Shown here: positions 61,564 to 64,000 of the stretch, piece by piece | Position numbering within the stretch: position 1 is the first letter of the stretch | Layout: every line of letters starts with the position of its first letter | NCBI GenBank assembly: GCA_002269645.1 | Contig: NIVC01002149.1 | Coordinates: 1 to 64,000, forward strand | DNA: 64,000 nucleotides | From: Macrostomum lignano | Lineage: Eukaryota | Direction: 5' to 3' | The notes under the pieces: model-generated | The model's input: only the letters and a program-made list of their open reading frames with translations | What the model was told of the DNA's origin: nothing | Databases searched by the model: none | Program-made: the position numbers and the translations under genes

Positions 61564-64000
61564 CTGAAAATTTCCGCCAAGGCAACACTTGGTGATTTGT
61601 TATAATTTTAGCAGCTCGCAGTCAAATTTGAATTGAGGAACAAATTGTCGCCCCGACGCAGTTTAAACAAACTGGGCCGGATTCAGCAAGTTCAACCAAT
61701 TTAGTTAGCTGCATAACTGATGCTTGTTTGTGAATTCCAGTTTGACCACTTCCTTGCCTCCCCGCTGTGTCTACAGACCACTCTGCAGCTAAGTGAAGTA
61801 AGTAAGTCAAAGATGCTTGTTTGAATTGGATTTGTGGCCTGTGTTGATGTTCCTGCCAGTGCTTGCTATCTCCATCCGGCCTTATTTTGCGCTTCTAATG
61901 ATTCATGCGAGCTGACTACAGACACTATACTGGCGTACTTGGGGTACCTGGGGTTTTGGAAATTCACCTTCAGATTTACAGTAAATATCCTTCATTTTTC
62001 ATGGCCACTTCTACTAGCCACTCGCTCACCAGACGAACCGAAGTAGTTGACGTCTTCTCCAAGCCAGAGGTTGGAAAATGCCATGTAGTTTTCGCCAGGC
62101 AGTTGGCTTACCGGCTTTCGCAACAACAGCATGCTGGTCTGCGGATGCGAATTGAGTGTTTGAGCATGCTGGTCTGCGGAGTGTTTGAGTGTTTTTGTGC
62201 GGAAGTCAGAGATTTGAAATATTCAATAAGGGGGTTGTAGGTGTCGGGAACCAGATATTGGCGTCGAAAGTCGTGGTTTTTGGCGTCGGGAAAAGATTGT
62301 GTCGGTGTCAGAAATCGAAGTGTCGGTGTCGGAAATCGGAGGGGGTGTCGGTTTCGGAAATTGCTTAGGGCCTGAAATCGGCGTTTGGCACCAAGAATCA
62401 AGGATGTTGGTGTCAGGAGCAGATGCCTGCGATGGGGCAGTAAAATCATTAGATATACCAAATGCAAAATGATTAGCTTTTGATTCACCACTTGAGCCTT
62501 TGGGCAATTCACAGTAAGTTTTTGGCCAGCAGAATCTCCTAATGATGTGCCACAAAAGGCCCAGCTGGCTTTTGTCCTCTTAAATTCCAATGCAGTTCTG
62601 CTTGAGTTGCAACTGTGCTGTCTGTCTAGCTGGAAATCACTGGGCTGACTCTGCAGCCACACTTCGATGCCGACCGAGCGATTGAAGATCTCCTTAGAAG
62701 ACAGTTCTGCAGGTTGATCGGAGTGGGTGAAGATGACGGAATACTACTCATGACAGAAAGACAGACAAAAGGACAGACAGACAGAAAGACAGACAAAAGG
62801 ACAGAGACAGACAACAGGCAGAAACTCAACTCTTGCCTCTGCTCTGAATGGTCACGGCGGAAATCGCAATTAGTCTGCGCAGTTTTACAACTAGCCAGTG
62901 ATATCCGCTGTCTGTCACGTTGTTGGAATGAAAATAAAAGAAGCCGTCGATTTCTTTGTCTGTCTTGTTGAAACAAAGATAGACTTCATTTTCATTGACA
63001 AAATAGCTGCTGGATTGTTGAGACGACTCGAAAAGACCATAGTCTAGCCTTTTGTTGAAGATTCTGGCGTCTGAAAATTTTTAAATACATGTTCAGTGTG
63101 TATTGCTATTAAGCATTAGCCTAATTAAACGCATCAGATACTGCATGCTTAATTCTGCACGGGTACAACATATATTTAACTTCTTAAATTTCATGCAATT
63201 GATGTCGACTTACATGTACATTTTGGCTGAATAATCGTAAAAAATATAACCAGATAAACAGCTTTCTTAATAATTTCCTGCATTTTGAGTTCGATTTTTC
63301 AATTTTTTTTCGATTGGCGAATGTTGTGTTTTACTATAATATGAACATTTATTTTAATATGGTCCAGTTATAAGATATAAATTTTAACAGGTATAACAAA
63401 AAGTAGAAATACAATGCGTAGTTTAAGTAATTAACTGAACAAAAACAAAAGGTTAATTAAAATATCACGTAATATATAAAAACTTAAAAAGTATTTTTGA
63501 ATGTAAGAAAGGTAGTTAGAAGATATTGAATTTAAAAAAAGAGGTTTCCCAGAAAAAGAAAAGATTTTTTGTTTTCACCGTCATTCACCGCTTGCGATCA
63601 AGCCATACAAGTAACTAACTTCAGATATCACGTGCTATGAATAAATGTGATTTACTTTGCTCTTGACTTTTAGGACTTATCTGGACTGCTTGCATTGGGA
63701 TATTTGTCTTTAAAAACGAATTGAAGTGTAGTGTTGTTTATATATCGTATCTTGTTTGTCTACTAACTACTTATCTAGGCACAGTCCGGTGGTGTTGTGT
63801 AGCTTATTAATTATAGCCCTTTTCCGCGTTCGCACTTACTCATTCATTAACTTGTGATCAAACGGTATTTTGCATCTTAGGCTCCTCAATAGGTTTGCTA
63901 CTGAAGCCATAAAATGGCAACAAAGCTCCAACAAGCTCTTAATCGTCGAAAGACACCTTATGAAATAGAGCGCGATAACTATGAGAAAGCCATGGTATGT

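Overview
Eukaryotic (animal) genomic DNA with GT-AG introns, GC3-rich exons and a different minisatellite in most long introns and spacers. The overall style suggests a free-living flatworm such as Macrostomum (inference only). Plus-strand genes: NAA35/MAK10 (one apparent 1-nt frameshift), ATP synthase subunit c, MDH2, a Lifeguard/TMBIM protein, RSPH1 and an orphan ORF near 52.2 kb. Minus-strand genes: a penta-EF-hand protein, a complete 10-exon gp91phox-type NADPH oxidase, a TSP1-TSP1-Ig-Ig-TM membrane protein, an FkbM-type methyltransferase, a Tyr-motif single-pass membrane protein and a partial gene at the left edge. Mobile elements: a 5'-truncated RTE LINE with TSD, two MITEs with perfect TIRs and 8-bp TSDs, a decayed THAP/P-element transposase and a possible piggyBac remnant. 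Most intriguing are the co-oriented EF-hand > NOX > TSP/Ig cluster, the operon-like NAA35/ATP5MC/MDH2/LFG run, and a ~950-bp array of GTGAGT 5' splice-site mimics in a NOX intron. All exon coordinates were derived by hand from splice signals and recalled homology; no database searches were run.
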